DNA of 64,000 nt from Eutreptiella sp. 'Long Island Sound 2002' (Eukaryota > Protista > Euglenida). The stretch is from positions 77,872,001-77,936,000 of the forward strand of contig OZ038378.1 of assembly GCA_964036045.1 (NCBI GenBank), in the 5' to 3' direction. Every line of letters starts with the position of its first letter. The stretch's first letter is position 1. This document shows, one piece after another, positions 12,144 through 23,250 of this stretch. A program made the translations under genes and the position numbers. The notes beneath the pieces are model-generated. The model searched no databases and was not told the origin of the DNA. It was given only the letters and a program-made list of their open reading frames with translations.

Positions 12144-14840
12144 GTGCCTGTGGCCCCTGAGCCACCCTCTTCATCACAACCCTCGCAGGGGTCCTCCGAG
12201 GGCCCCAGTCAACGGAATCCACACAGCCGGGGGAACAAGAAGGCACCTTCGAAAACAATCACTCTAGCACATGCCGTCCAAAAACAGTGGTGTTATCCCA
12301 CAACGTCCTGCGGGTGGATATCAACCGCGTGCATGGGCAAATCCGGAAGGTCAGCGAGACCAGACTGAATCTGCGGTTGGAGGATTTGGCAAGGGTACCT
12401 CCCGTGGGGATCATCAAGGGATTGCTGGCCTCGCCTGACAATCGTATATTGCTGCACGTGCACCTACACGTCTGTCGTTTGTGTACTGTCCTGGGGACCA
12501 ATTTTCTTCTGTTATTGCCTCAGTGGGCGGCTCCCGGATTGTTGGTCAGCATGTCTTTTGTGCGGCAAGGAGACTAGCCAGTGAACGTGAAAAAAACAAT
12601 CTGGACCCTTTGAGATGGCAACTAGAGCTTGAGTGTATGGTTCTGAAGTGGGATACTCCCTTGCACCAGAGGAGACGCCTGGCCAGCCACCAGGAGACAC
12701 CACAACTGTCAGGCACAAGCGCATGCATGAGTGAGAGGGCAGTGCTGCTGATGGAGAACTTAGAGGAGCCTAAGAATGCTGATCTCAGTCTCACTGACGT
12801 GTGCCGCCAGATGTTGGAGGAGCCTGGACGGACAACTGATGAAGGAAGCCTGTTGTGTGATTGTTGCTCTGATGCGCATTACTGTCCTGGGCCCGAAAAA
12901 CTTTGGTTGCATACACTATAGGATTTTGTGGCACAACGCTGGCTACCTTTGGCTAGAATGATTGAGGCAACTGGCTATACAGCAATTGATTGAATACACA
13001 ATTTCGAGAACAGGAGCATCCCCTTGGCAGTTGGATCATTCATACCATTGGAGGGGCTCATTGGACCATACCTTGCACAGTGTGCCAGATACATGGAGAC
13101 TCCACGAGCTATAGTTGCAGGACTGGCTAAAGCGGCACGTGAATGCCAGACGGAAATGCGATGGGGTTGGATTGTTATGCATCCTAACTATCCAGAGGAG
13201 TTCGTTGACCCATCCCGTAGTATGTTGTGCAGGCATCCTCAAATGCACTATGAAATCATCGAATTTGTTGATAGTGGCAAAATATCACGTCTCAGGTGGA
13301 AACATGGTCTGGACACCCAGTTTTTCTCTGTAACGGGAAATACATCCGAGATTGCTACGCTCCAGCGTCATATCAAGGGAATTGGTGCATTGAAGTCCCG
13401 CTATGCAGAATGGGTGTACACTGATGACTTGCCTATGCCTCCCTGGGACTGTGTGTGCAAGGCTGAATTCTGGACATCCTCAAAATATGTAGACTTTAGA
13501 AGCCACCTGGCCGGACCTCGTAATTTCTTTGACATTGCCAGCTCCGAAGGGAATGTGGTTCACTTGAAGACAGTTTCTGGTTCTGGTGCAGATGCTAGTG
13601 GCGGTGAGTCCCCCTTTCGGCTTTGTCTTCTGAATCCTACCACCATTCCGAATGCTACCGTCGTTCGGTTACTGTTCATACTGGTTGTCATTGAGGTTCC
13701 AAAAGGCTGGTCAATGGGTCTACCACCTCTTGCTGTGCGACATGTGTCAATGGGGAAACCATTGGTGGTTGCTGGTGAATTGGCGGACGTTCGAATCATC
13801 ATGAGTCAGATGCAGACTGACCTAGCCGAGGAGGGAGTGAATCAGGTGAGTGTCATGGTGTACAACACTGGCAGCCGCATTCCGAATTTCACTATGATGC
13901 AATCATTGATGACAATTGTCATGTTGACTCCAATTCCAAGGAAGATACATTGTCCCCTGTGAATTGAACCCCCAAAACATCAAAATCTCACAATCGAGCG
14001 AAATTTTGCCACTCCCGTCATTGTGTCCAATTTGCACCATCTGTTTAGCTGCCAATGTACTTTACCTTCAGTGAAGGCCCATTACCCTGTATCCTGTGTC
14101 CTGAGGCTGTTCAATGGGTGTTGGAAGTTCTGAAAGTCTCGATGAATCTTACAAACCGGGTGCTGGTGGGGACTTGCTCTCCAAATCTAGCTGTTCAGCT
14201 TTACATTCGTCTCAAGTGGGAAATTTCGGTTGTATTTGGTTTCCTCAAAGCTGCGGTTGATGAGCTACCTAAAGAAACTGTTGAGCACACAGCTGGTACC
14301 TTAAGAGAGGCTGACTCTCTAGCCCCGATCTACTGGGAGTTTGTGTTGCCACAACTGGATAAGGGTGTGCCTGTCGACAGGACTGGAATGCCTTATGTAC
14401 CTGATGACCCTGATGAACAGGACTGCATGGATAGTATGCCGGACGGGGATGCCAAGCCCAAGGGAACCCCAAAGCCGAAGGCATCTAAGCCAGAGCCCAA
14501 GAAGGGGACTGCCAGCAATCCCCATGGTGTCGATGCAGGTGGCAGTGCCGAGCCCCAAGCAACGCCTACGAAAAGGCCCGGATCACCCTCTGTTGAGGCT
14601 TCAGCGGCGCAAGATGATGAGGAGCAGACACAACAGCAGAGTCAGCAGTTGGTCACCCCAAGCAAAGGCAATACACATCCACTGTTTGAGCCGAAAGGAC
14701 CGTCACCTTCACCAGAGGGATTGGACAACTTTGCGAATTTGGTGACTAGTGGGACTGCGCCAGCCGCGCAGCCACAACAGCAACCTCAAAAAGGAACGTG
14801 TTTGGGGAACAAACGACGACGGTGCTTTAATCTTGTTTAG
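12144..14840 (+). pseudogene. Cargo ORF of the 9-15 kb element, function unknown; possible intron at ~13.95-14.07 kb
   Basis: ORFs 12481-12921 and 13024-13962 share a frame with two stops. ORF 14055-14840 resumes after an AT-rich gap and ends in a low-complexity tail. ORFs 12144 and 12287 may be a frameshifted N-terminus. Confidence 0.5.
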
Positions 14841-17800
14841 TGTTGATTCCTATGATGAAACATTGTTGACTGCAGAACCGCCATCCTCTGAGCAGTTGAC
14901 TTGAATTTTAATTTGTATCCGACTTTATTTGATTTGTTATTCCGACTGCCCCTTTGTCGGTGTTGGCACATGGAATTGCCTTTTGTAGGCTACATTTGGT
15001 AGTTTTTGTGATGTATGTTTGTGTATTCATTGATTATACAGCGTTCCTTATGGTTCGAATCGTATGTCTGTGATATTGTGTATCAATCTTGTACTGTGGC
15101 AAGCAGGCAATGCACTGACAGTATTCCATACGTCATTATACCGCATTTTGCCAAATGTGGCGAAATTTTGCGTCTCATTGAAATTCCTTGAAAATGGGGG
15201 TCTGTTTCACCATGCATCAATGTACCGTTTCATAGAGTGTCGTCTGTACACGACCGAAATCCTTAAGTGGACAATGCAATTTGTCCTTGAGTGCCATTAT
15301 TTTGAATTTGAATGCGTGTTTTGGATGGTTTGCCAGTGTCCTCAATCGTAGGCAAAAAGGTCCAACTGGACAATATGGGGCATGATTTCAATCGAAAATG
15401 TCACCACTGGTGCGCTGTGTGCAATTAGTGGGTAGTAATTCACCATTTTTGCACCCCATGAATGGCCTTCACGTCGCAGACCCCCCCCCCCCCCCCCCAC
15501 ACACACGCTATCCTTGGTGTGCTGGACCGCTGCTACCTGCACATAGAACATTAATAGAACCTCACGCTTGCCTTCACCACCAGGCCATAGGCACCTCCAT
15601 CCTGCTGCCACCGCCCCTGTCATGCACCGTTACTCGCTCGCACATCCACCATGTTGTTCTCTCTCACATGTAACCTCGTGTGCCCCCCACATCTGTGCCG
15701 AACGCAATTCAACCGCCAATGCCTCCGACACCGTGCCACAAGGCACAAGTGCATTGGTCACGTAGTTCGGCTATGTACATGCCTGCAGGCAAGGTCCTGC
15801 CAGTTCTCTTTAGTGGCCAAGGGATGCCCTTGTACCTCCTTTGAGTTGTTTTAGGGGTTAGGGGGAGAACCCAATACCTGCATGAGTTGTTGTAGGGGTC
15901 ACGGGACACCCCGGTACGCCCACTAATTTTCTAACGGGGCCCGTGGGAGGCCGCCATACCTCCCTGGGTTGTTGTTGAGGCCAAGTGACACCCCTATACC
16001 TGCACAAAGTTTCTCCTGACGTTAGCCCCTATGCTTCCTTGAGTTGATCTTGGGGTCAAGGGGCACCCGTGTAGCGGCTGCGCTGTACCCGCAGAGTCCT
16101 TATCCGTATCCCCTTCAACCTTCAGGAACTCCGCACTAACATCTCCGGCCGACAACATTCCTCCCCTGCCTCTCAAGGGTGGCGCACGCCGTTCCATCGT
16201 CGCAAGCTTTGCCCTCCATGCTGTTGTGGCCCTGCACGGAGCCACCCGGCTCACGTAGCCTCTACCCACGGGCTTCGCTTGACACCGGCGGTGTCATCAT
16301 GTGGACACGTGCCTGCTCATGTGTTCGACTGCCGTAGCCAGGCCGCCAGTATAGATCACGGTGTCATGGGAATCCCCTGCCACGGTTTGGGCGTTGTTAC
16401 ACTTGTTGGGACGACCCATGACACCTCATTGTTTCAATTGGCAACCCGGCGCACGGTGTAGTCTTACTTTGTCCCAAGCGGCGGCGCTAATGCGCACTAT
16501 CAAGCCGGCACGACTTGCCATGTCACGAAGGCCGTCATACTACACCCGCCGCTACCGCACACACACGATTGGACGAGGCCACGTCCAGTATGCTGCCCCA
16601 TCATCACGTGCACACATAACTCGCTGCAGGGCACCTGGTATGTGCTCTGCCCAGACACCCGTATTGTGCCGTACGCAAACCTTGCCATTGCCTCATTGCA
16701 CCGCTAGTCCTCCCCTTTGATTCCATAGCCATAGCATCCGAGAGGCACCATCCAGCGCTGCCCACCATAGAAGCAAGGGAAGTACTGCGGAGGGAACATA
16801 CGGGCTGCGCACACCGTCCACTTGTACTTACTGCAAGTCAAGCCGAATCACCTTCCACGCGCTTGAAGACATCTGTAGTGAGTGTCGTAGTGCCCACGTG
16901 GCTCCGGGCCACCCCCTGCTAGCCCTCTCGTGACAGGGCCGACAAAGCGGGACACAGGCGCATTGGTGCACCTACATAGGCGCTATGATGCCATATCCGC
17001 TGCAAAGAAGCACAAGTACCGACCGGAAGGGGACACAACCACCTCCATAGTGCTAAGACCACAGGTCCTGCCATACATCACTGCAGGCCTCGTGGCAGTG
17101 ACGTAGCGCACTCACCACGGCAAGAACTGTGGCACTTGGTGAGGAGACTCCGTAGCGCGTGGTCCCACGACGCCGCTGGGGCAAGGCCTGGTTGCCCACA
17201 GGGGCCACCCGAGAGGCAGTCAAGCAATCTCGGCCACCACATGGTTTTGAGTTGCGGTCTTCCTCCCACTAGCATCTGCCCGCAGTAGCCCCGCAAGACC
17301 TCCACCATGACATCCACCTCTGCTTGTGCGGGGCACTCTGTAGACGTGAGCACGAACCGTTGCTCACCGGACCTGTCCTCCACCACGGGCCCTAGCTGTA
17401 GAGGATCCAATCTGAGACGGGCGTCCGCCGACGCACTATGGTTCCCACCTGGCAAGGATAGCACCATCATCGTAACACAAGGTACATCGTCTCCCTAGAG
17501 TAGTGCAGATTGCTTGGGTCCCACCAAGCGCACCATGCATCCCGTCTCCCCCGCCACCTGGATGACTCTCTGCAGTCACCGATCATAGAAGCACGGCATC
17601 CCTTCATTCAGCAACATTGCCATTGCCATGACGGGCAGGGAGCATAACGGCTGCTAGAAGACCTGAAGCACACTACCCGGCGAACCCATGACACGCCTGA
17701 GTGCAGGAAGGCCGATATATACTTTGAGCGATGGCTCATCGTGGCCATCGGAGTTGTGCCCCATGGTACCGCGGATAGTGGCACACGATTGCGCGGACAC

Positions 17801-18749
17801 TTCCCTGGACCGTGCACGGAATTCGCCGTGCTCCCGAGTCTCCCAAGACTCTAACCACGTACTGCAGGCCAGCGTTGCAGCCGCGATCTACTGGGGATAC
17901 ATGGGCATGGCCTCGTTGTACGTAATGTGCGACTGTGATACCATCAACGCGTGCAGCGGCGCTCGTTGAATGGCCACATGAAGATTACCCTACAGGCCAT
18001 CGAAGTGATTCCACAGAGGTAGCTACCGGACGCTGCCAGCGGGCGGACATAATGGCGTGTATTCTCAGAGGAAGGAGTACGTCGTCCTTGGCCGATCGCT
18101 CGGCGGCAGCTGCATGATCCCTGTGAGGCGATGGTTCCTCCGGGCGTGTCTGCCTTCACCCAACAGTATCATGTCCCCCAAGATCAACTTGGCTTTTTTC
18201 CGGCCTTCTTTGCGATGCAGCTCGCACCACCGCAAAGAGCCGCCGTAGGTAACCTCGGATCACCCCAGCCATCAGGATCCAAGACATCCACATTCCAAGA
18301 CATGAACTCCACGGCCGTGTCGGCGAGTGGCAGATCCGCCGTGAACGGCTCGACCTTCGCACACAGCGACCGCGGCACTTCCGCATCCCGTTCGCATGTT
18401 ATGCGCATGTGGCCCGTGTCTCCCCCCCCCCCCCCCGCCCACAAAATATGCAGGGGAGTGATGGGAACACCAGGCGAGCGACTTTCTGCCGCCATCGTCG
18501 CATGGTTTGCATGGTGGGGAGGCGACCGTCTCTCGCACGCCATCATGGCCCTGTGTGCGGGGCCATGGTGCACCGTTCCCAGGGGCACCACTTCATAGGC
18601 GCCAGCCAGCGGCTTGTAGTCCATAGTATGCGCAGCCGGCAAGTCCCAAGCCGTCTCTCGGACACCGTGGAGGGCATGCATGGATGGCACATGGGGCTCC
18701 AGCATTCCATTCTCGTTCCGTACCAAAAGAGTCGCCTGCTCCCTAGGCA

Positions 18750-19250
18750 ACGTGAGGTGTATAGGCGGACCCCTGGTGTGAGCCGCAGCAAAAACCGGGT
18801 CCTCGACCAAGACGGCCGCTACGCGCGAGCTCTGCCGTACCAGCCAATGGAGGCCCCCCCCTACTCTCCGCAACAACCCACGCAACCCCTCCACCACGCA
18901 ATTCGGGGCATGCTAGTTGACGAAGTGGAAAGTTCGTCCTCTCGTGGTACAAGGCTTCTTGGGCCCTGCACATATGAACCCCAACGATAGACGCGTGAGC
19001 CACGTGAAGCGCAAGGTCAGAATCAGGCGTGTGCAGCAGGAACACTGTAGCGCCCACAATATCAGGCTCCGGGACTGTGCAGTTGATAGCGCTTGTCCAC
19101 GCGCCCACCACACCTACATTTGTTACCCCGTCTTGCTGGGGAGATTCGCCGGACAAAGTGACCCTCGCTGCCATTGGTGCCTAATAGTACCTTTAGGGTT
19201 CCAGCCACGGCACCTCCGAGTGCTAACAATCACTCTCCCTAGGGCCGCTC
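18750..19250 (-). pseudogene. Probable degenerate RNase H domain of the LINE
   Basis: QQDGVTNVGVVGAWTSAI (cf. N..aEl.A), VAWVVAES (cf. vvDS) and GLHWLVRQS (cf. i.wv.sH) lie after the RT. The match is weak. Confidence 0.35.
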
Positions 19251-20499
19251 AATTAGCCGCCGTTAGCTTTGAGAACAGCGCTTCTCTTGGCCCATGCACG
19301 TCGTGCGGTCGCCCGTATGTTTCGCACCTGCAAATATGGACCCAAAGGCCCTGAGCTCTGTAACGACTTTCGTGCTCCACTCCCCCATCGAACCGTGTGG
19401 CCGGTGAACCACCACCGTCCCCTGTTCCACCGCTCCACCTTCCCGCAGCAACGTGACTGTGACACAAAGGTCGTGCGGCACATTGACCATCGTGACGTGG
19501 GATGCGGGTCTCATCTGCGTCACGGGCCGGGGGTGTTGGCAATAGCAAGACGATGGCCCACTCCGCACGTCCCCACACCGTCGCACATTCCCCGTGGAAC
19601 GCATCCTCCCCGTGTACCACCCACGGAGATCGGGGGGTGTACGCCACCCCCTGCATGCGACGTGAGGAGAGGCACCGACACCGGGTCCTCTTGTTGCCGA
19701 TGTCTGTCAAAGACATCCCTAGTACGACCATCAGGGAAGCAGGGGGAGTGAACGGCATGGACGTCCCTAGGCAATCCGGCTTCCAGTATTGGTTTTTGTA
19801 GCCGCCAACCACATATGCATCACCGGTGGCGGATATCTTCGTGCGCTTGGTGGCCTTCTTGTGACGCACCGGGTGGAGGAGACGGTGCACTGGCAGGCTC
19901 GCTTTGAGGCCCATCGAGCTGTCAACCATACCTGACCCACCATGATAGGGCCGACTCCCGTAACTGGAAGATGCAGATGGTCTTCGTGACAGTCGCGCTG
20001 CCCATTGCCCTGGCACAAAGCACGGAAGCCCTGCATGAAAGAGGTTACTCGTGGGGTCCGTCATGGACCTCACCGCCATCTTTGTGCGCGGCCTAGACAG
20101 CACATAGATGTCCCGACCCTTAAAGCTGTAGGACCGGGTTGCCCACTGCCGTCTAGCCCACTGCACTTGCAGCCAGTGAGCGTGCGCACACGCGTATACG
20201 GAGCACGGCATGAGAAGACCGATCCCGAGCGTTCCCATCGCTCTGAGCAAACGGTCAATCGATGTATCCCCGGCATGCGATGCAAACGCCGCCCACGGAA
20301 CCATGAACTGTCCGCACACCCCGTAGTGCCCATGCAGGTCGTCCACCATGGCCTGCAGTTCGCCCTTGACCACAGCTGAGTGATGACGCGTGAGCTGGCC
20401 CACACTAGCCACCACAGAGTCGCAGCACACGGCTCGGACATCACCTAACGGAAGCCCCTTGCCGGACTGGACCGCCACGTTGGACAGGTCCCGGGGCAG

Positions 20500-21700
20500 G
20501 CTTTCAAAGTGCAAGGCCTCAGCCTTGATTGCGGCATTCAACCGCACAACCCCTGTTGTAGCGTCGGACAGATATGGTGCCGCGTAGCACACCATGCCAC
20601 CAACGACCGCCGCCATCACCTCATGGGGCACCAACACGGGCCTTGGCGTGCTCTTGCACCACCCCAAGAGAGCCTGGCAGCGGAGCACGTGCGTCTCCTT
20701 CTTGGACAGCAAGCCGTTAGGATCAAGCCGGAGGCCCCAGTACGGCACCTCACCGTGGACCGCTAGACATATCCATGGCGCGACCGCATTTTCCGGGTCC
20801 AAGCGCACCATGATGGAGTACATGCTCGCCGTGGTGGTGTGCGCGCACTTGCGAACATTGACAGACATGCCCATGTCCGCCAAGTATGGCGCAATCACCT
20901 CAGCGTACTCCAAAAACTGTCACAGCGTATGCGCTATCAGCGGGAGGTTGTTGCAGTATGCGTGAAGTATTGGTGGCACGGCGTGGCGGGCATCATCCTG
21001 CGCCTTGCAGGCAAGGCACAGCAGGAGCGGCTCCAGGAGAAGGAGATAGAGCACAACGCACTTTGCACTGCCCTGCCGCGAAGGAGGCGGATGCTCGGGG
21101 TTGGGCCGTGCGGTATGACAATGCGCACGGTGGAGCCATAGGTGACCATGTGGAAGAGTCTAATGTGCTCCTCCGGAACCCCCATGTGGCGTAGGAGGAG
21201 GGCTAAGGCCCCATGCGGGGCGATCTTGAAGGCCTTGGGCATGTCAAAGGCCAGAAGTTGGTTCTCCTCGTGACCACGTTGTAGCTTGAGCTGCGCAAGG
21301 AAGACTGGCGCTGCCGCTGTAGAGCTCGGCATTGCCCCGAACTACCAATCTGCCACCACCCCCTTGCGGCCTAGGACCGCTGTGAACCTTCGCATGAAGG
21401 GGGTCACGAGCAGTCTCATGTCCTGCTGCCCCAATGCTATGGGTCGGTGTGCGTCCAAATCCCTTGCGGCCGTTCCCTTCGGCATCAGCCATATGATGGC
21501 CTCATGCCGCAATTCCGGGACTTTCGCGCCACGGAGAATGGCCCAATAACCATGCACAAGGAGGCCCTGCATAGGGTCCGACCACTCCGCGATGAGGGCC
21601 GCTCTGAACGTGTTGGACCCGGCACCGTGCCCTCCACCACCGCCTGCTTCACGGCGTCCTTGAGGTTCCGCAAGGTGTAAGCTTGCAATGATCTCCACCC
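20500..21700 (-). pseudogene. LINE reverse transcriptase domain
   Basis: WLMPKG...HRPIALGQQD, FDMPKAF...PH, QGSAKCVVLYLLLLEPLL, AYCNNL (YxDD reading YCNN at 20947-20958), GMSVNVRKC, VPYWGLRL. Confidence 0.9.
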
Positions 21701-22469
21701 ATCACACACTCCTCGGGGGATGTGGGTTCGGAACCCTCCCTCAAAGGCCTAGAGATTTACTGGTCGCTTGGCATACATCGCCTCCCAGTACCTTTGGACT
21801 TCTCCAATGACGACCGAGGCCTCCATGAGCTCTTTCTCCAATTCATGGACTCACACGGACCACAGGCTGCATAGGGCGTAGCTGACAACGTTGATGGCTC
21901 CCCGGATTGATGCCCACCGCGGCTGCACATCGGGACCCTTCCCTGGCATTACTCCTTGATGGACCTACGTTGGTTGCTTCCAAGGACACCTCGCAGCTCC
22001 TCCACCCATTGGTCAAGTTGCCTAAGCCGATCATCCAGCGCTTCCCGCAAGTCATCCATTGTGGTGGGGGACAGGTCCGGATCCACCTACCTCAGGTGCT
22101 GCACCAGGGAAGCAGCCTCCCTTGAGGCAATGCCATCCGCCTCCGCATCCCTCCTCTATGGTTCCCAGGCTCGCCACGAGAGGGCCTGCCTCAGTTTCCG
22201 CTTGTCCATACGGGTGCTGCGGGTCCACGCCCGAGGGCATGCGCATCCCCGTGACACGCGACACCCCGTCACAGAAGGCGCAGAGCAGGTCAAAGATGGC
22301 CAGCACTGCCAAAGTGTCCATGGTGCCCCCATCGCGGTCCGACGAGAGCCACGTCTTGAGGGTCGGGTCATCGCAGGCCTGCAGCACGTCCGCTGCCGCC
22401 ACCCGGAGCCTCGGTGAGTCCGAACGTATGGAGTGCAGTCAAACTTGGGCTTGCGAGTAGGCCATGCGC

Positions 22470-23250
22470 GTGATCCTCTCCTTGGCACCCACCGCTAGCA
22501 GGATACCCAGGACCACCGGACCATGGTCCCACCCTAGCGCCGTAGGAGGGCTCCCTTGCGCCAGGTATGAGCGCTCTCGCATGGCCCACGGAACCACCGG
22601 CGTGTTGAGCAAGAAGGAGTCCAACTTGCATCTATCGCATGTGGGTTGACGGTCTTCCTCCACGGAGTGCCCCGCCCTCAAAAACCCACATTGCTCCCAC
22701 ACCGCCACGAACCTCTTTGTGGTAGGGTGTCCCGGGGACTCTAGCCTCCCCCCTGATTAGGGGTCGGCCGCATGACGCCAGCACTCTTGTCCGCCACATA
22801 TAGGACCACGTTGGCCCAGACTAAGGCCTTGGAAGCTCAGGAGTCCCCGCCACATCCTGGGCCGTGGACATTCATGACGCTCAAATCCCACTAGCGGTGG
22901 CCACAACGAGGGCCATGGCCTTGCCAGGGACATTGTCCATTGTCCACCTCGTCTTGAACTTCCTCCGATGCGAACATGTCCGCCCGAAGGGCAATCAAGA
23001 GGCCGCCCCGCATAGCAACCGCCGGCCTCGCCATGGGGACCACCCCAAGAAAGACATGATACCCATGGTGCCGCCACCGGTTTTCCATGTGCGTACTGCC
23101 TTGGGGGACCTGCAGGCCTGTCTTCTGAAAGAGACCAAGGGTGGCTCCGTCAGCTTGCAGTATGCCCCCTGCCACCGCCTCACTATCGAGCATGCCCGGG
23201 GTAGCGGGCACACCATCATCCCGAAGGGAGCCTTGGGCGTTCCATGACAC
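22470..23250 (-). pseudogene. LINE apurinic-like endonuclease (APE) domain
   Basis: MSWNAQG, LFQKTG (QET motif), GGLLIAL, NVHGP, PTCDRCKLDSFLL, WDHGPVVL (SDH motif). Confidence 0.8.

Larger units (their letters stand above)
9222..15350 (+). mobile_element. Putative DNA transposon with a DDE transposase and a second cargo ORF; ends uncertain
   Basis: Two long decayed plus-strand coding blocks are separated and flanked by AT-rich spacers that share an AAATTTCGCCACTCC motif. It begins near a G-run followed by CTCA. No TIR pair was found. Confidence 0.5.

Noticed and set aside
15843-15900. TTAGGGG telomere-like repeats near the LINE 3' end; CTAACCCTAAC inside the LTRs
   Set aside because: Only about two imperfect units; expected by chance.
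16815-17740. Plus-strand CTYC...H...C and IYTLSDGSS resembling Zn-finger and RNase H motifs
   Set aside because: Opposite strand to the LINE coding frame, with no supporting downstream motifs.
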